This document shows, piece after piece, positions 14,300-28,199 of a stretch of DNA of 64,000 nt. A program made the position numbers and the translations under genes. The notes beneath the pieces are model-generated. The model was not told where the DNA came from. It did no database searches and saw only the letters and a list, made by a program, of their open reading frames with translations. The DNA comes from Eledone cirrhosa. Its lineage: Eukaryota. Positions within the stretch are counted from its first letter, which is position 1; every line of letters starts with the position of its first letter. The stretch lies in the NCBI GenBank assembly GCA_964016885.1, contig OZ024743.1, positions 218,612,001-218,676,000 on the forward strand, given 5' to 3'.

Positions 14300-15072
14300 T
14301 TGCTGGTGATGGTCATGGTGTTGGGGATGATTGGAATAATGATGAGAGTGATTTTGTCAATAGTGGTGATGTGATACTGACGATGATGGTGGTTATGACA
14401 ATGGGGATGACAACGGTGATGATGATGGTGGCGATGGAGATGACGGTGATGATGTTGATGACTATCGTAATGATGATGATGGCAATGATGATGATGGTGA
14501 TCACAATGATGGTGATGACAATGGTGATGACGATGATGGTGATGATGTTGATGATGATGGTGATGACGATGATGGTGATGACGATGATGGTGATGATGTT
14601 GATGATGGTGATCACGATGATGGTGATGACAATGGTGATGACGATGATGGTGATGATGTTGATGATGATGGTAATGATGATGATGGTGATCAATTACAGT
14701 TTGGTGCAGGGAAACAGCAGTCATGACAATGTTTTGACAATTATGATGACGAAGATAATGAAGACATTGCCTGAGATTTGACAATAATAATTACAATGAC
14801 AGTGATGATGACAACAAATGATGATAAGCAATGTTAATGATGATGAAGAACAAAATAGGTTATGGCAATGATGATGATGGTGATGATGTTGTTGATGATG
14901 ATGATGATTAGCAGGAGGAGAGTGAGGATATATGTAATTATGATGGTGATGTTGATGATGATAATGATATTGGTGATGATGATGATGGTGGTGGTGATGA
15001 TGGTGGTGATGATGATGGTGATGATGATTAGGAGGAGGAGAGTGAGGATATATATAATTATGACGGTGATGT

Positions 15073-15106
<34 letters not shown>

Positions 15107-15448
15107 AAGGAGGGGACTGTGGATATATATAATATTAACGATGATTATGATGATGATGATGATGAGGAGGGGGAGGAGGAGGAGAATGAGGATATATAAA
15201 ATTATGGCAATGAAGATGATGATAATGATTATTATGACGATAATGATGATGATGATAAGGAGGAAGAGGATATATATAATTATGACGATGATGATGATAA
15301 GGAGAAGGAAGAGAATGAATGAGGATATATATCATATTGATAATGATGATGATGATGATAAGGAAGAGAGGAGGAGAATGAGAATATTTCTAATTATGAT
15401 GATGGTGATGGTGATGATGATGATGATGAAAATGATGATGATGATGAC

Positions 15449-15488
<40 letters not shown>

Positions 15489-15530
15489 CTGATGATGATG
15501 ATAATGACAACTTGATGATGACAATGATAC
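14300..15530. repeat. Degenerate (GAT)n trinucleotide low-complexity tract with GGA/GGT interruptions
   Basis: Source of the poly-Met, poly-His and poly-Ile ORFs; sub-repeats of about 39 bp at about 14490-14660. Confidence 0.9.
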
Positions 15531-15799
15531 TAATCTACCCAAAACAAAATTAATTTAACAGCTTTGTGATTAAAATTTTATACAAAACACTAAATTTTGT
15601 CACTTTACTTTCATGTTTAATTTTCTGTTGTTTTTGTAATGATATTGTTTTTGTTGTTGCTCATGGCTCATGATGTTTACCTTCTCATGATTAAATCTTT
15701 CATTATATATATATATTATGTACTCATACATATATTCGTATATGCATGTATGTATATATGTATGTGTGTGTGTGTATATATTCACAATTTCACTCTCAA

Positions 15800-16128
15800 C
15801 ACGACCACTCATAGACGAGTTGAGAGTGAAACTGTGTATAAGGGGGATAAACTGTAGTGTGTGTGAGAGAAGACTGCCTTGGTATGGACATCTGATGCAC
15901 ATCGAAGATGACCGCTGAGTGAAGAAGTGCCAAGAAATCTCAGTGGAAGGAAGACACAGTAAAGGAAGACCACAAAAAAACATGGGCAGAGGTGGTGAGC
16001 ACTGACCTCAGATCACTGAAGCTCACAGAGATGACAATGAAGAACTGTGACGAATGGAGAGATGCGGTGCTGAAAAGGACCCGTCCTACCCTTGCAAGCA
16101 AGGAAAAGTGGACGTATGATGATGATGA

Positions 16129-16131
<3 letters not shown>
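15800..16131 (+). mobile_element. RTE family A-like 3' fragment
   Basis: ERRLPWYGHL...KRTRPTLASKEK, then (gat)n and (TA)n. Confidence 0.85.
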
Positions 16132-16173
<42 letters not shown>

Positions 16174-16305
16174 TACATGCATACATATATATATATGAAT
16201 ATATGTATGTATGAGTACATAATATATATATAATGAAAAATTTAGTGTATGTGATTCTGCGAAACGCTCGTAACAGGTCGATACACAATGTAAATGAAAC
16301 TTCAT

Positions 16306-16411
<106 letters not shown>

Positions 16412-16606
16412 AATGCAAAAGGAAAACCAAGGTTGTTTAATCATTTATGCTCTGCAGCTTTTACTGTATTCATCTACCAGTATTGTAACTCATTGGAGTA
16501 CACCTTTTACATGGATTCTTGCATGCTGTCGACTTTAATAACACAGAGCTTGATGCAAAGTAATACTGGATTATTCTACTCTCATTATCTCCCTCTCTCT
16601 CTATAT

Positions 16607-16912
16607 ATCATCATCATCATTTTTTACGTCCGCTTTTCCCTGCTTGCAAGGGTGGGACGGGTACTGATTCTGGCTTGATTTCTACAGCTGGATGCCCTTC
16701 CTAACACCAATCTCATTTACAGGGAGTGCTGGGTGCTTTTTTGCCGTGGCACCTACACGTCCACTTTACAGTGTGGGCTGGGTGCTTTTTTTACCGTGGC
16801 ACCTCCACAACCACTTTGGAATGATAGGGACCCCAGTCCTATCATCTCATTTCTACAGCTGAGTAAACTGGAGCAATGTGAAATAAAGTGTCTTGCTCAA
16901 GGAAACAACACA
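16607..16912 (-). mobile_element. SINE-A, 5'-truncated, with an extra copy of the about 48-bp unit
   Basis: Reverse complement of the SINE-A CORE, central module and LINE-A tail. Confidence 0.85.
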
Positions 16913-17051
16913 TCATATATATATAGATCATGCTCTGGCTTGTACTATTTAAACATCTTGTTCAGTGCTTCATTATATATGTGTCAACACTGACTGACAA
17001 AGAGTGTGAATTGCACAACCCTGGCTTGCTAACTCCCTATCAAAATTATAT

Positions 17052-20000
17052 ATCATCATCATCATCATCTTCGTTTAACGTCCATTTTCCACACTAGCAT
17101 GGGTTAGACGGGAGTTGTCCCACTTGAGGCAAGGTTGGTCGGGTGACCATGTCTCGCTCATATAGGACTATCTGGCAGGTTTTCTACGGCCGGATGCCCT
17201 TCCTAACACCAACCACATTTACAGTGTGGAACTGGGAACTTTTTACCGTGTTACCTACACGGCCACATTACAGCGTGGACTGTGTGTTTTTTTCTCGTGA
17301 CACCTACACGATCTCGATCTCATTTATCTCATTTATTTGGACTGGATGTTGTGGTACCAACTTTATAGAGAGAGGGTGGTGTTGGTGGGAGTGGGAGGAT
17401 AGGGTAGGGGTAGTGGATTGAGGTGTATATTTGGTTAAGAGGTGCCTACTGACTGTAGGTTTCGTTTTGTACATAGCCAAGGCGGGTCTTCTGTATTACT
17501 GCGTAGCGCTAAAGATCTCGGTCCAGTGACATTGTCTTAGAGAGGTGCAAGTGTGTAAGGTTGGAATTTATCAGATCGTCCCAGGTTTTTCTGGGTCTAC
17601 CTACTCCGTAACTACCATCAATTTTCATCGCCCTGCACTTTTTTATACAGCTGTCGTCTTTCATGCGCATCACATGGCCATACCAACGTAGTCTTCTCTC
17701 GAGTAAACAGCATCTGATCCCTCTTATTCCTAATTTCTCACTTACTTCATTTATGCTTTGCCGTTCACATATATTACTATTACACATCCAATGGAGCATG
17801 CATGCTTCGTTCCTTTCCAGTCTACGCAGGTCCTCTGCACGTAATGCCCATGTCTCACTGCCATGTAGCATTGCTGTTCGTATACAAGCATCATACAATC
17901 TGCCTTTCATTTTTAGAGAGAAACCTTTTGTGGCCAACAGCGGTATAAGCTCTCTGAACTCTTTACATCCCGTTCTGACTCTGGCTACTGTACTTTCAGA
18001 ACACCCTCCACCACTGCTGATTTTGTCACCCAGGTAACGGAAAGTGTCTACTATTTCTATAGAACCATCTGGGCAATAGAAGGGGCTAGTATCCTGTGGA
18101 CAATTGCTACCTATTGCACCTGAGCATCGGCCACATATAAAGTCTATGTTCATAGATAGTTTACCTGTGATCCCACTACATCTTTTATGTACCCATACTT
18201 TGCATTTGGGACATAAAATTGAATTTCTGCCTACTCCTTTCCTACACACTGAGCAAGGCCATTTCCCTGAGGGTACCTGTGCATAATTTTCCTTTCTACA
18301 AACAAGGATTTTAGTCTTAGACAAGTTAACTTTAAAGCCTTTTGATTCTAGGCCATGCTTCCATGTTTGGAATTTCTTTTCTAGTTCAGCCATTGATTCA
18401 GCTATGAGCATTAGATCATCTGCGTATAGGAGTTCCCATGGGCAGCCGGTCTTGAACTCCTCTGTTATAACCTGAAGGGCAATAATAAATAGAAGGGGGC
18501 TAAGGACAGAGCCTTGGTGAACACCAACTTTTACACTAAATTCTTCATTCATTGTTAATTCTAACGTTACTGACTGTTTCATTATACATAGCTTGTATAG
18601 CTCTCACAAGCCATTCATCTACACCTAGTTTTCTAAGAGCCCACCAGATAATGGAGCGGGGGACTCTGTCAAAGGCTTTTTCTAGGTCTACAAAAGCTAA
18701 GTAGAGGGGTTTACTTTTAGCTAGGTACTTCTCTTGTAGTTGGTGTATAAAGAAAAGAGTGTCTGTGGTACTTTTACCTGACACAAACCCAAACTGCATT
18801 TCATCTAGATCAATTCGCTCTCTGATTAGTTGCGCTATAACTCTTTCTGTGACCTTCATGACCTGGTCAACTAACTTAATGCCTCTATAGTTTCCTCTAT
18901 CTAGAGCATCTCCTTTACCCTTGTAGCAGTTAATGATGATGCTGCTACGCCAGTCTTTTGGTATGACCCCATTCTGTATTACTTGGTTAACTATATGAGT
19001 GACCATAGTATGTCCCACCATTCCAGATGCCTTCAACATCTCACCAATATCTCTGAAGGCCCAGCTGCCTTGCCTGTCTTCATATCTTTAATTGCCTTAC
19101 TTATTATACTACCTTTAACTTGCACCGCTGGTCCTTCTATTGGATCGATTTGGGGCAGACTATCTTTTTCCCACTTATTCTCCTCATTTAATAGTCTCTC
19201 GTAGTGACACTTCCAGGCTATCTTCTTATCAGCATCAGTGAGGGCAAGTACACTGTTATCATTAAGGACACACTTCTCCCCGACAATATCACGGTTTTCC
19301 TTGACACATTGTCTAGCAATCCTGAACACCGCGTTTTTGGTCCTCACGTTGTAGAACATTCTTGAACTTTCTATCCTCTGCTTCCCTTTTTGAAAGGTAC
19401 ACTCGTCTCCTAGCCTTTCTCCTGGCCACTTGATAGTGCTCTCTACTTCCCCATCCTGCCATACTTTTCAAGCCTGCTTTTTGGCCTTGATTGTCTCTTC
19501 TACCTTACTGTTCCACCACCAAGTTACTCTCCTCCTGCCAATAGGTCTGCTCCAGCAACAGATTTCATCCATTGCTTTCAGCAGGTTCACTTTCAAGAAT
19601 TGCCACTGTTCCACTATATCGCACGTCTCTAATTGCTTCCTTATTGTCAAAGGCATCAAGTAATAAGCTTTTAAATTTGTCACTGGCTATGGGGTCCTTC
19701 AACTTCCATATTCTTCTCCTCAAGGTAGGCCTCCTCTATCGTCGAGTACGTCTACTTCTGACTGTGAGGTCACTAACTACTAGGCTATGTTGAGAGTGCA
19801 TTCTTCATGGAGAAGGGATTTAGTGTTTACAACAGACACTTTGTCCTGTCTTCTAGTAAGTATATAATCTATCTGGCTGGCGTGTTCCCCTGATCTATAG
19901 GTGACCAAGTGGTTTTCACGTTTTTTGAAGTTTGTGTTACAGATAGTTAGGTTATTGGCGTCACAGAATTCCAGGATTCTGAAGCCTTCCTCATTTCTAT

Positions 20001-20700
20001 TTCCAACCCCATAGTCTCCGTGGATTCCATCATAGCCATCACTATGTTGTCCAACGTGGCCGTTTAGATCGCCAGCAATAATTAGGTAGTCGCTGTCAGT
20101 TATTTGGGAGGTAGTGTGCATTAGCATCTCATAGAACCTGTCCTTTATAACGTCAAGTAGACCAGATTGGGGTGCATAAGCGGATATTATTGTCACAGTA
20201 GTTTTATTTAGAACTAGCCTTATTTTAATTATTCTGTCATTTACTCTATTTACGTCGATTACCTTATCTACCCATTTTTCAGCTAACATAATTCCTACTC
20301 CACCCAGTCCGTTGTCGTTCCCCACCCAGAAAAGTTTATAGCATCGTTTTTTACCCACGATGAATCTGGCAGACCCCCCTCTCCACCTCGTCTCTTGAAT
20401 ACAACAAACATCAACTTCTTTACATTCAAGCATCACTACAACCTCATTTGAGCGACCTTTTAATGTGCCTACATTCATGGTACCAACTCTGAAGTTGGGA
20501 GGGTGGGATGGATGGGTTAGAGGGGCAGGGAGGGGTGTGGGAGACGGAATTATGTTGGTCATTGTGTCTGAAATAGAGAGGGGTCTTTGTATTTTCGTCC
20601 TGCAGCAGGAGGTGAATTTATCTTTATCTGTGACATCGTCATTGAATGCTTAGACTTTCCAAATCTCCGCAGTCAACCCATCAAACAGGTCTAAACTTAA
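17052..20700 (-). mobile_element. RTE-clade LINE family C, near full length, frameshifted; 5' region may extend to about 21290
   Basis: Consecutive ORF fragments 20562-19780 (APE: MNVGTL, IQETRW, SAYAPQ, GDLNGHVG, SQIDYIL), 19683-18545, and 18582-17509 (QGSVLSP, LYADD); 3'UTR of about 400 nt and (TGA)n tail. Confidence 0.93.
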
Positions 20701-21287
20701 GGAGTAGTAACCGGGGCGGTAGCTTTGCTATACTGATTTATTAGGGAACTTACTAAAGCCGCTGAGTTATGATTGGACCATTAGCAATGGTGGTGTGTGG
20801 GGGTGGGAGGGCGGGAAATGGGTAACTTTAGGAGAAGGATTTGATTTAGGAAGGGTCCAACAGAATGAGACAAATCATTTAAAAACATGTAAATATTAAT
20901 TGAAAATCCGAGAGAAACAAACGGGGAATTTGAATTGTAGACTAGCATAGCTCAGAGTTTAAAAATATTGCTCATTTGGGGAGACTGCGGAATATGGAAG
21001 ACAATGCTTACATTCTCAAATCAACAAGTCGTCCATAAGATAATTTAGATAGATAAATTCTGTCCTTGGAAACCACCAAGATGTATTTTATACCTGCGTT
21101 CAGGCGGGGGGGGGGGGGGGGGGTATGAGAGATAGAGCAAAGTGATTACAAAGTTAAGGAGCGAGATGCAGGAAGGTTCTAGAATAATTAATTAATAATA
21201 ATATTTAAATGGGTAACTTTAGGAGAAGGATTTGATTTAGGAAGGGTCCAACAGAATGAGACAAATCATTTAAAAACATGTAAATAA

Positions 21288-21620
21288 TCATCATGATCAT
21301 CATTTAACATCCATCTTCCATGCTAGCATGGGTTAGACGGTTTTGTTTCATTTGATGCAGGATTAGTCAGGAGACTGTGTCTCACTCGTATGGAAGTGTC
21401 TCTGGCAAGTTTTCTACGGCTGGATTCCCTTCCTAACACCAACCACTTTTACAGTGTGGACTGGGAGCCTTTTTACTGTGTCTCCTACAGAACCACTTTA
21501 CAGTGCGGACTGGGTGCTTTTTGTTGTCACCGACACTGTGGACGGAATAGGAGGATGGGGTACGGTGTGGGGAGTGGGGTATATATTGGGTTAAGAGGTG
21601 CCTACTCACTGTAGGTTTGT
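21288..21620 (-). mobile_element. Diverged RTE 3'-UTR fragment (similar short pieces at 4264-4370, 6585-6760, 7495-7710, 13505-13735, 25420-25670, 54437-54780, 59596-59873)
   Basis: Terminal ccatgctagcatgg hairpin and the ggatgcccttcctaacaccaacc module. Confidence 0.75.
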
Positions 21621-22156
21621 ATGCAAGCATTGATAAACTTACAAGAAACAGTTTTTTTAATAAAAATACAGTTCCATCAGTGTCATCAGCCATTGAGGTG
21701 GACTTTGGCAATATCTAACCCTACCGACAGTGCTGCTAGTCCAACCGGGGTTATAGCATCTGATACAAGCCAAACGCTGTCCAGTGGAGTAAGAGATGAG
21801 GGACAAAACATTAATTTATTGCAATTAAGTTACAACAAGTACACACAGAATTTTATATGATGTCAAGGAAAAAGTGTGGTGTCTCTTATTGCACGAGAGT
21901 CATGAACGAAAAAGAAAAAAAAGAAAAAGAAAGGAAGAAAAAAGCAAGAAGGAGAAAGTAAGATATTGTGTTAAAAAAATGTGTAAAAAAATGTGTTTGT
22001 ATGTATATGTATAGGTTATATAAACCCCTCAGTTACATATTTCCTTGTGATTGCTGAGATGATATACATATCTTCTGATTTTTTTTCAATTTATAGGAAA
22101 ATATTTGGTATGCTTACATTAATACAATCTCAGTTACCACTATACTGTATATATAC

Positions 22157-25100
22157 AGAGACTAGGTGGAGAGGAGAGTCTGCTAGAGTCCTTGTAGGAA
22201 AAAGTCAGTGCTACAAATTTTTCTGGGTGGGAAATGACGATGGGATGGGTGGTGTAGGTATACTACTAGCTGACAAGTGGGTAGATAAAGTAATCTCAGT
22301 GTACAGGGTAAATGCAAGAATCATTAAACTCAGACTAGTCCTGAATAAAACAATTACCACAATAATATCAGCTTACGCACCCCAATCGGAGTTGCCAGAC
22401 GAACTTAAGGATAGGTTTTACGAGTCCCTAATGCACACTACTGCTCTAACAAACGACAATGACTTCCTAATCATCGCAGGAGATTTTAATGGACACGTAG
22501 GTAAACACTGTGACGACTTCAATAGAGGCCATGGGGTTGGCACAAGAAATGAAGAAGGATTCAGACTTCTAGAATTCTGCGACGCCAATGACATGTCGAT
22601 ATGTAACACAAACTTCAAAAAAACCCGACAACCACCTGATCACCTATAGATCAGGGGAGCATTCTAGTCAGATAGATTTTATCCTCATCAGAGGACGTGA
22701 CAGATGGACGGTCGTAAACACAAAAGCCTTCCCTAGTGAGGAATGTACCTCCCAACATAGCTTAGTTGTCAGCGACCTCACGGTCAGAACTAGACGAACC
22801 TGGAAACAGAGGCCAACCTGGAGAAGAAAGATCTGGAAGCTGAAAGACCCCTTGGCCAGTAACAGATTTAAAGATATTTTACTCAACGCCTACGACAGTA
22901 AAGAAGAACAGATAGAGACATTCAATGTAGAAGAGCACCGGGAGTTCCTAAAAAATAACTTACTAGAGGCAACGGATGAGATCTGTGGCTGGAGTAAGAC
23001 CACAAGCAGGAGGAGAGTGACTTGGTGGTGGAACAATAAGGTAGATGAGGCAGTTAAGGCCAAGAGACAGGCATGGAAAGAATGGAAGAATGGGGGAAGC
23101 AGGGTTCATTACATAGAGACCAAGAGGGAAGCTAGGCGACAAGTATACTTAGCTAGGAGGGAGGCAGAGGATAGAAAATTCAAGCATGTTTTGCAACGTG
23201 AGGACCAGAAACAGGAGGTGTTCAAGATTGCGAGGCAGTGTGTCAGAGAGAATTGTGATGTCATTGGAGAGAAGTGTATCCGGAATGATAAAGGTGAGCT
23301 TGCCCTCACAAGTGCTGGAAAAGATGCATGGAAGAGACATTATGATAGATTACTAAATGAGGAGAATGCATGGGAAGAAGAGACCCTACCCCAAGTAGAC
23401 CCTATAGAGGGGCCAGCAGTACAAGTCAACAGCAGCGTAGTAAGTAAGGCAATCAAAGATATGAAGATGGGGAAGGCAACCGGTCCATCGGGTATAGCTG
23501 CCGAGATGCTGAAGGCATCTGGGTCTGTAGGTCACACTATAACCACATGTATTGTTAACCAGGTAATACTAGAAGGTGTCATACCAAAAGATTGGAGCAG
23601 TAGCATCATTGTCAACTGCTACAAAGGTAAAGGTGATGCACTAGATAGAGGAAACTATAGAGGTATAAAGCTGATGGACCAGGTCATGAAAGTAACAGAA
23701 AGAGTTATAGCACAGTTGATTAGGGACCGGGTGAAACTAGATGAGATGCAATTTGGGTTTATACCAGGAAGAGGCACCACTGATGCCCTCTTCCTTGTGA
23801 GGCAGTTACAGGAAAAGTACCTAGCTAAAAGTAAGCCACTCTACCTGGCATTCGTCGATCTTGAGAAAGCCTTTGACAGAGTTCCACGTGCTATAATCTG
23901 GTGGGCGCTTAGAAAACTAGGAGTAGATGAATGGCTTGTGAAAGCTGTACAAGCCATGTATAGGGGAGCAGTCAGCAAAGTTAGGATTAGCAATGAGTAT
24001 AGCGAGGAATTTAGCATACAGGTTGGTGTCCACCAGGGCTCTGTTCTTAGCCCTCTCCTGTTCATCATAGTCCTGCAGACAATAACAGAGGAGTTTAAGA
24101 CCGGATGCCCATCGGAACTCCTGTATGCAGATGACCTCGCACTTATAGCTGAATCTATGGTAGAACTAGAGAATAAATTCCAAACTTGGAAACAGGGACT
24201 AGAAAGAAAGGGTCTCAAAATCAACATGACAAAGACTAAGGTCCTTGTAAGTAGACGAGGAAAACAGAACCCAGAACCCCTCAGGGAAATGGCCTTGCTC
24301 AGTATGTAGGAAAGGTGTAGGTAGGAACTCCATTCTCTGCCCCAAATGCAAACAATGGGTACACAAGTGATGTAGCGGGATCTCAGGAAGCTTAATTAAG
24401 AATGTAGGCTTCACATGTAGCAGCTGTGCTGGGACAGCAAGCAGCAAACAGCCACAGGAAACAAGTACCACCAATCTCTGGGAGGGCTTCTGCTACCTAG
24501 GTGACCGAATTAGCAGCGGAGGTGGGTGTTCGGAAAGTACAATAACTAGGGTAAGAACGGGATGGAAGAAGTTCAGGGAACTACTGCCACTGCTAGCTGC
24601 AAAAGGCTTCTCCCTCAAAATGAAAGGCAGACTGTATGATGTGTGTATCCGAACAGCAATGTTACATGGTAGCGAGACCTGGGCGCTGAAGGTGGAAGAC
24701 TTAGGTAGATTAGAAAGAAACAAAGCCTGCATGCTCCGATAGATGTGTAATAGTAATATACGCGAACGGCAAAGCATAAATGAATTGAGAGAGAGACTGA
24801 GCATAAGAGGAATCAAATGCTGTGTGCAGGAGAGGCGGTTGCATTGGTATGGACATGTGATGCGTATGAAGGATGGCAGCTGCATAAAAAGGTGCAGAGC
24901 ACTAGAAGTCAATGGAAACCGCGGAGTGGGGTGACCCAAGAAGACCTGGGATGAGGTGATAAAAGCCGACCTTACCCAATTACACCTCTCAAAGGCGATG
25001 ACACACAACCGTGACCTCTGGCGTCACGCAATAATACAGAGTACCCGACCTCCCATGAGTACAAGCTGAAGCATATAGACAATATACCCCCACACCCTCC

Positions 25101-25356
25101 CACTGCAAAGTGGTCGTGGAGGTGCCACGGCAAAAAAGCAGGCAGCCCACACTGTAAAGTGGACGTGTAGGCGCCACGGAAAAAAGCACCCAGCACTCAC
25201 TGTAAATGAGGTTGGTGTTAGGAAGGGCATCCAGCTGTAGACATCAAGCCAAAATCAGTTCCTGTATGAGCAAGGCATGGTCAGCCGACCAGACACTGCC
25301 TACAACAGGACAACCCGTCAAACCCATGCTAGAATGGAAGAACGGACGTAAAATGG

Positions 25357-25386
<30 letters not shown>
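22157..25386 (+). mobile_element. RTE-clade LINE family B, 5'-truncated within the endonuclease, with a few frameshifts and stops
   Basis: ETRWRG..GDFNGHVG (APE); 573-aa ORF 22588-24309 with NYRGIKL, QFGF, DLEKAFD, QGSVLSP, YADD; downstream PHD and thumb region; 3'UTR and (GAT)n tail. Confidence 0.95.
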
Positions 25387-25387
<1 letters not shown>

Positions 25388-26121
25388 ACAGCTATAAAAT
25401 AATCATACACATATATATCATCCTCATCGTTTAACGTTCATCTTCCACGCTAGCATAGGTTGGACTGATTTGTCTTACTTGAGGCAAGATTGATTGGGTG
25501 ACTGTGTCTCACTTGTATAGGACTGTATCTGGCAGGTTTTCTATAGCTGGATGCCCTTCCTAACACCAACCACATTTACAGTGTGGACTGGGAGTCTTTT
25601 TACCATGTTTCCTACATGACCACTTTACAGCGTGGATTGAATGTTCTGTGGTACCAACATAACTTTACAGGATGGATTCAGTTTGAAACTGGTTATATCA
25701 TTAATCAACAGAGTACTCAATATTGGGGTAGTAGAATACGGTTATATTATAAAGAACCAGGACCCAACAGCTGAGCTCTTGCCGTTTCAACAGCAAATTT
25801 CAAATATGTGTGTATGTATGTGAGTGTCTGCTTATATATATATATATATATATACATATATGTATTTATGCATGCGTATATATATATATGCATTATTGAG
25901 TTCATTATAATTTTCTCTATCTGCGTATGAGTTTACGATATTAGCACGTATATATGAGAAAAATATATTTTAGTGTGAATGACTATTTATACGGGCACTA
26001 AGTATCAACTATATGTAATGTATGTGCAGCTTGCACATGAGTAATCATGTGTGAACATGTGGGTTTGTATTTTTTCAGTTGATTTCAAAAAGATTTAATT
26101 AGTAAGATCGCCACTACTCAC

Positions 26122-26209
26122 TTGTTCCAAATAATGCAAGGATAAATTTATATATTTGGCTTCAGTCAACAACAGGCCGTTTACACCGCTTTTGGCAACT
26201 CGCTCAGAT
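26122..26209 (-). CDS. KIF6: KIF6-like internal exon (88 nt), switch II continuation and helix alpha4
   Basis: tttcag|ATCTGAG...GAACAA|gtgagt. Reads (G)SERVAKSGVNGLLLTEAKYINLSLHYLEQ. Absent from the ORF track; found by reading the reverse strand. Confidence 0.95.
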
Positions 26210-26429
26210 CTGAAATATTACAGAAGAAATCAATTACCAATACTCTTGCGGCATACTGCTTCAAAATAATCCTTTCATCTATTTATACAGATTTTTTTTT
26301 TAAATCGTTTTATTAATAACACATTTTCATATGATGCCCCTTTGGCAAATATAAAAGAAATTACTACTACTATTACTACTACTGCTACTACTATTTCTAC
26401 TACTACTACTACTACTACTAATGGAATCA

Positions 26430-27578
26430 GCAGGTGGCAGAATTGTCAGAGCGTCAAACAAAATATCATACGGTATATAGTTATGGCTCTTTACGTTCTG
26501 AGATCAAATCCTGCTGAGGTCAACTTTGGCCTTCCATCCCGCCAAGGTTAATAAAATACTAGTCAAGTACTGTAGTCAACATAATTGACGTTTCCTTCCC
26601 CAATCCCCCCCCTCCCCCACCACCACCACCACCACAAAAAAAACAAAAAAACATTGCTTGTCTTTTCGCTGTCAAAATGTAGAAAACATTATTATTGGAA
26701 ACATTTGGTTGTCAGATTTGGTAGAGTAATTGACAAAATGCCTTGTGGTATTTAATTACAAATTTGTACATTCTGAGTTCAAACCCTGCCAATGTCCATT
26801 TTGAAACTTATCATTTTAGGAATTGATAAACTACCAGTCAAGTACTTGTATTGATATATCTGACTTCCTCAACCTCCAAATTGTTAGCTTTGTGCATAAC
26901 AGCTGTTGTTGGTATTATAGGTGGTGGATTGGCAGAAACATTAGAGTAGTTTTGACACTTTAAAATCTGAGCTGAAAATCCTGCTGAGGTCAACTTTGCC
27001 TTTCTTCCTTTCAGGGGTCAGTAAATAAAGTACTTGTCAAAAACTGGGATCAACACAAATTTTGGCATTGTGTCTTAGAATTATTTTCAAATCCCGCCGA
27101 GGTTGACTTTGCCTTTCATCCTTACGGGGTCCATAAAATAAAGTACCAGTAATGCACTGGGTAATTGCTGGCCTTGTGCCTAAAAGTAGAAACAATTATT
27201 ATTATTGCCACAATTGGTAGAGGGTTGGACATGCTTTCCAGCATAGGTACGTCCCTTTGCGATCTGAGTTCAAATCACGCCAAGGTTAACTTTGCCTTTC
27301 ATCCTTACGAGGTCGATAAAATAAAGTACCAGTAATGTACTGGGTTATTGCTGGCCTTGTGCCGAAAGTAGAAACAATTATTATGGATTGGCAGTATCGG
27401 TAGAGAGTCGGACACCATTCTTTCCAGCAAAGAGTTACGGCCCTTTATGGACTGATTTCAAATCCTGCCGAGGTTAACTTTGCCTTTCATCCTTACGGGG
27501 GTCGATAAAATAAAGTACCAGTAATGCACTGGGTAATTGCTGGCCTTGTGCCAAAAGTAGAAACAATTATTATTATTG
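26430..27578 (+). mobile_element. Head-to-tail cluster of about 6 SINE-B copies (tRNA-derived head, conserved gcctttcatccttacggggtcgataaaataaagtaccagt body, (ATT)n tail)
   Basis: Repeated box A (tggcagtatcgg) and box B (gagttcaaatcc) heads and bodies at about 26430, 26710, 26920, 27086, 27210 and 27384. Confidence 0.85.
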
Positions 27579-28199
27579 TTGTTGTTGATGTTACTGTTGT
27601 TAACTATTGACCATCTCTGTTGTGAAAATGTTAGAAAAAATATACTTCCATTGTATGTATTGTACTTTTTATCATTTCTGTGAATGTGTAATAGAGAAAT
27701 GTTAAAACACAAAGACATGCAAAGATACATTATGCTTAGTCTATAAACCAGAATACACATAGAATAATATGGCAACAAATGGAGAAGTGTAATGTTGCAT
27801 GGCAGTAAAACATGGGAGTGAATGCAGAGGATATGTGAAGGTTGGAGAGATATGAAATGATGTGTAATGGTAGTGTATATGAACAATAAAACAAACAAGC
27901 TAAGAGAAAAACTAGGCATGAGAGATGTCAGATGCAGCATGCAAGTGAGAAGGTTGACCTTGTACGGATATGTAATGTGTATGGATGATGATCTTTGAGT
28001 AAAGAAGTGCCAAGAGAACAATGTGGAAGAAAGCAATGGAAAATGTGGATAGAAATGCTGAAAGCTGATCTCAAGAAACTGAACCTCACAAAGGAGATGA
28101 CAAGGGAGGAAACATGTAGATATGCTGTACTCGAGAGGATTCACTGAACCCATGCAGGCTTGGTGAAATGGATGTAAAAATGATGATGATTGTGATATA

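Noticed and set aside
14233-15515. Poly-His and poly-Met ORFs resembling metal-binding or reflectin-like proteins
   Set aside because: Translations of a degenerate (GAT)n tract; no reflectin motif; intronic position.
26430-27578. Repeat-spacer appearance suggestive of CRISPR
   Set aside because: Units are SINEs of about 190 bp in a eukaryotic intron; no cas genes and no unique spacers.
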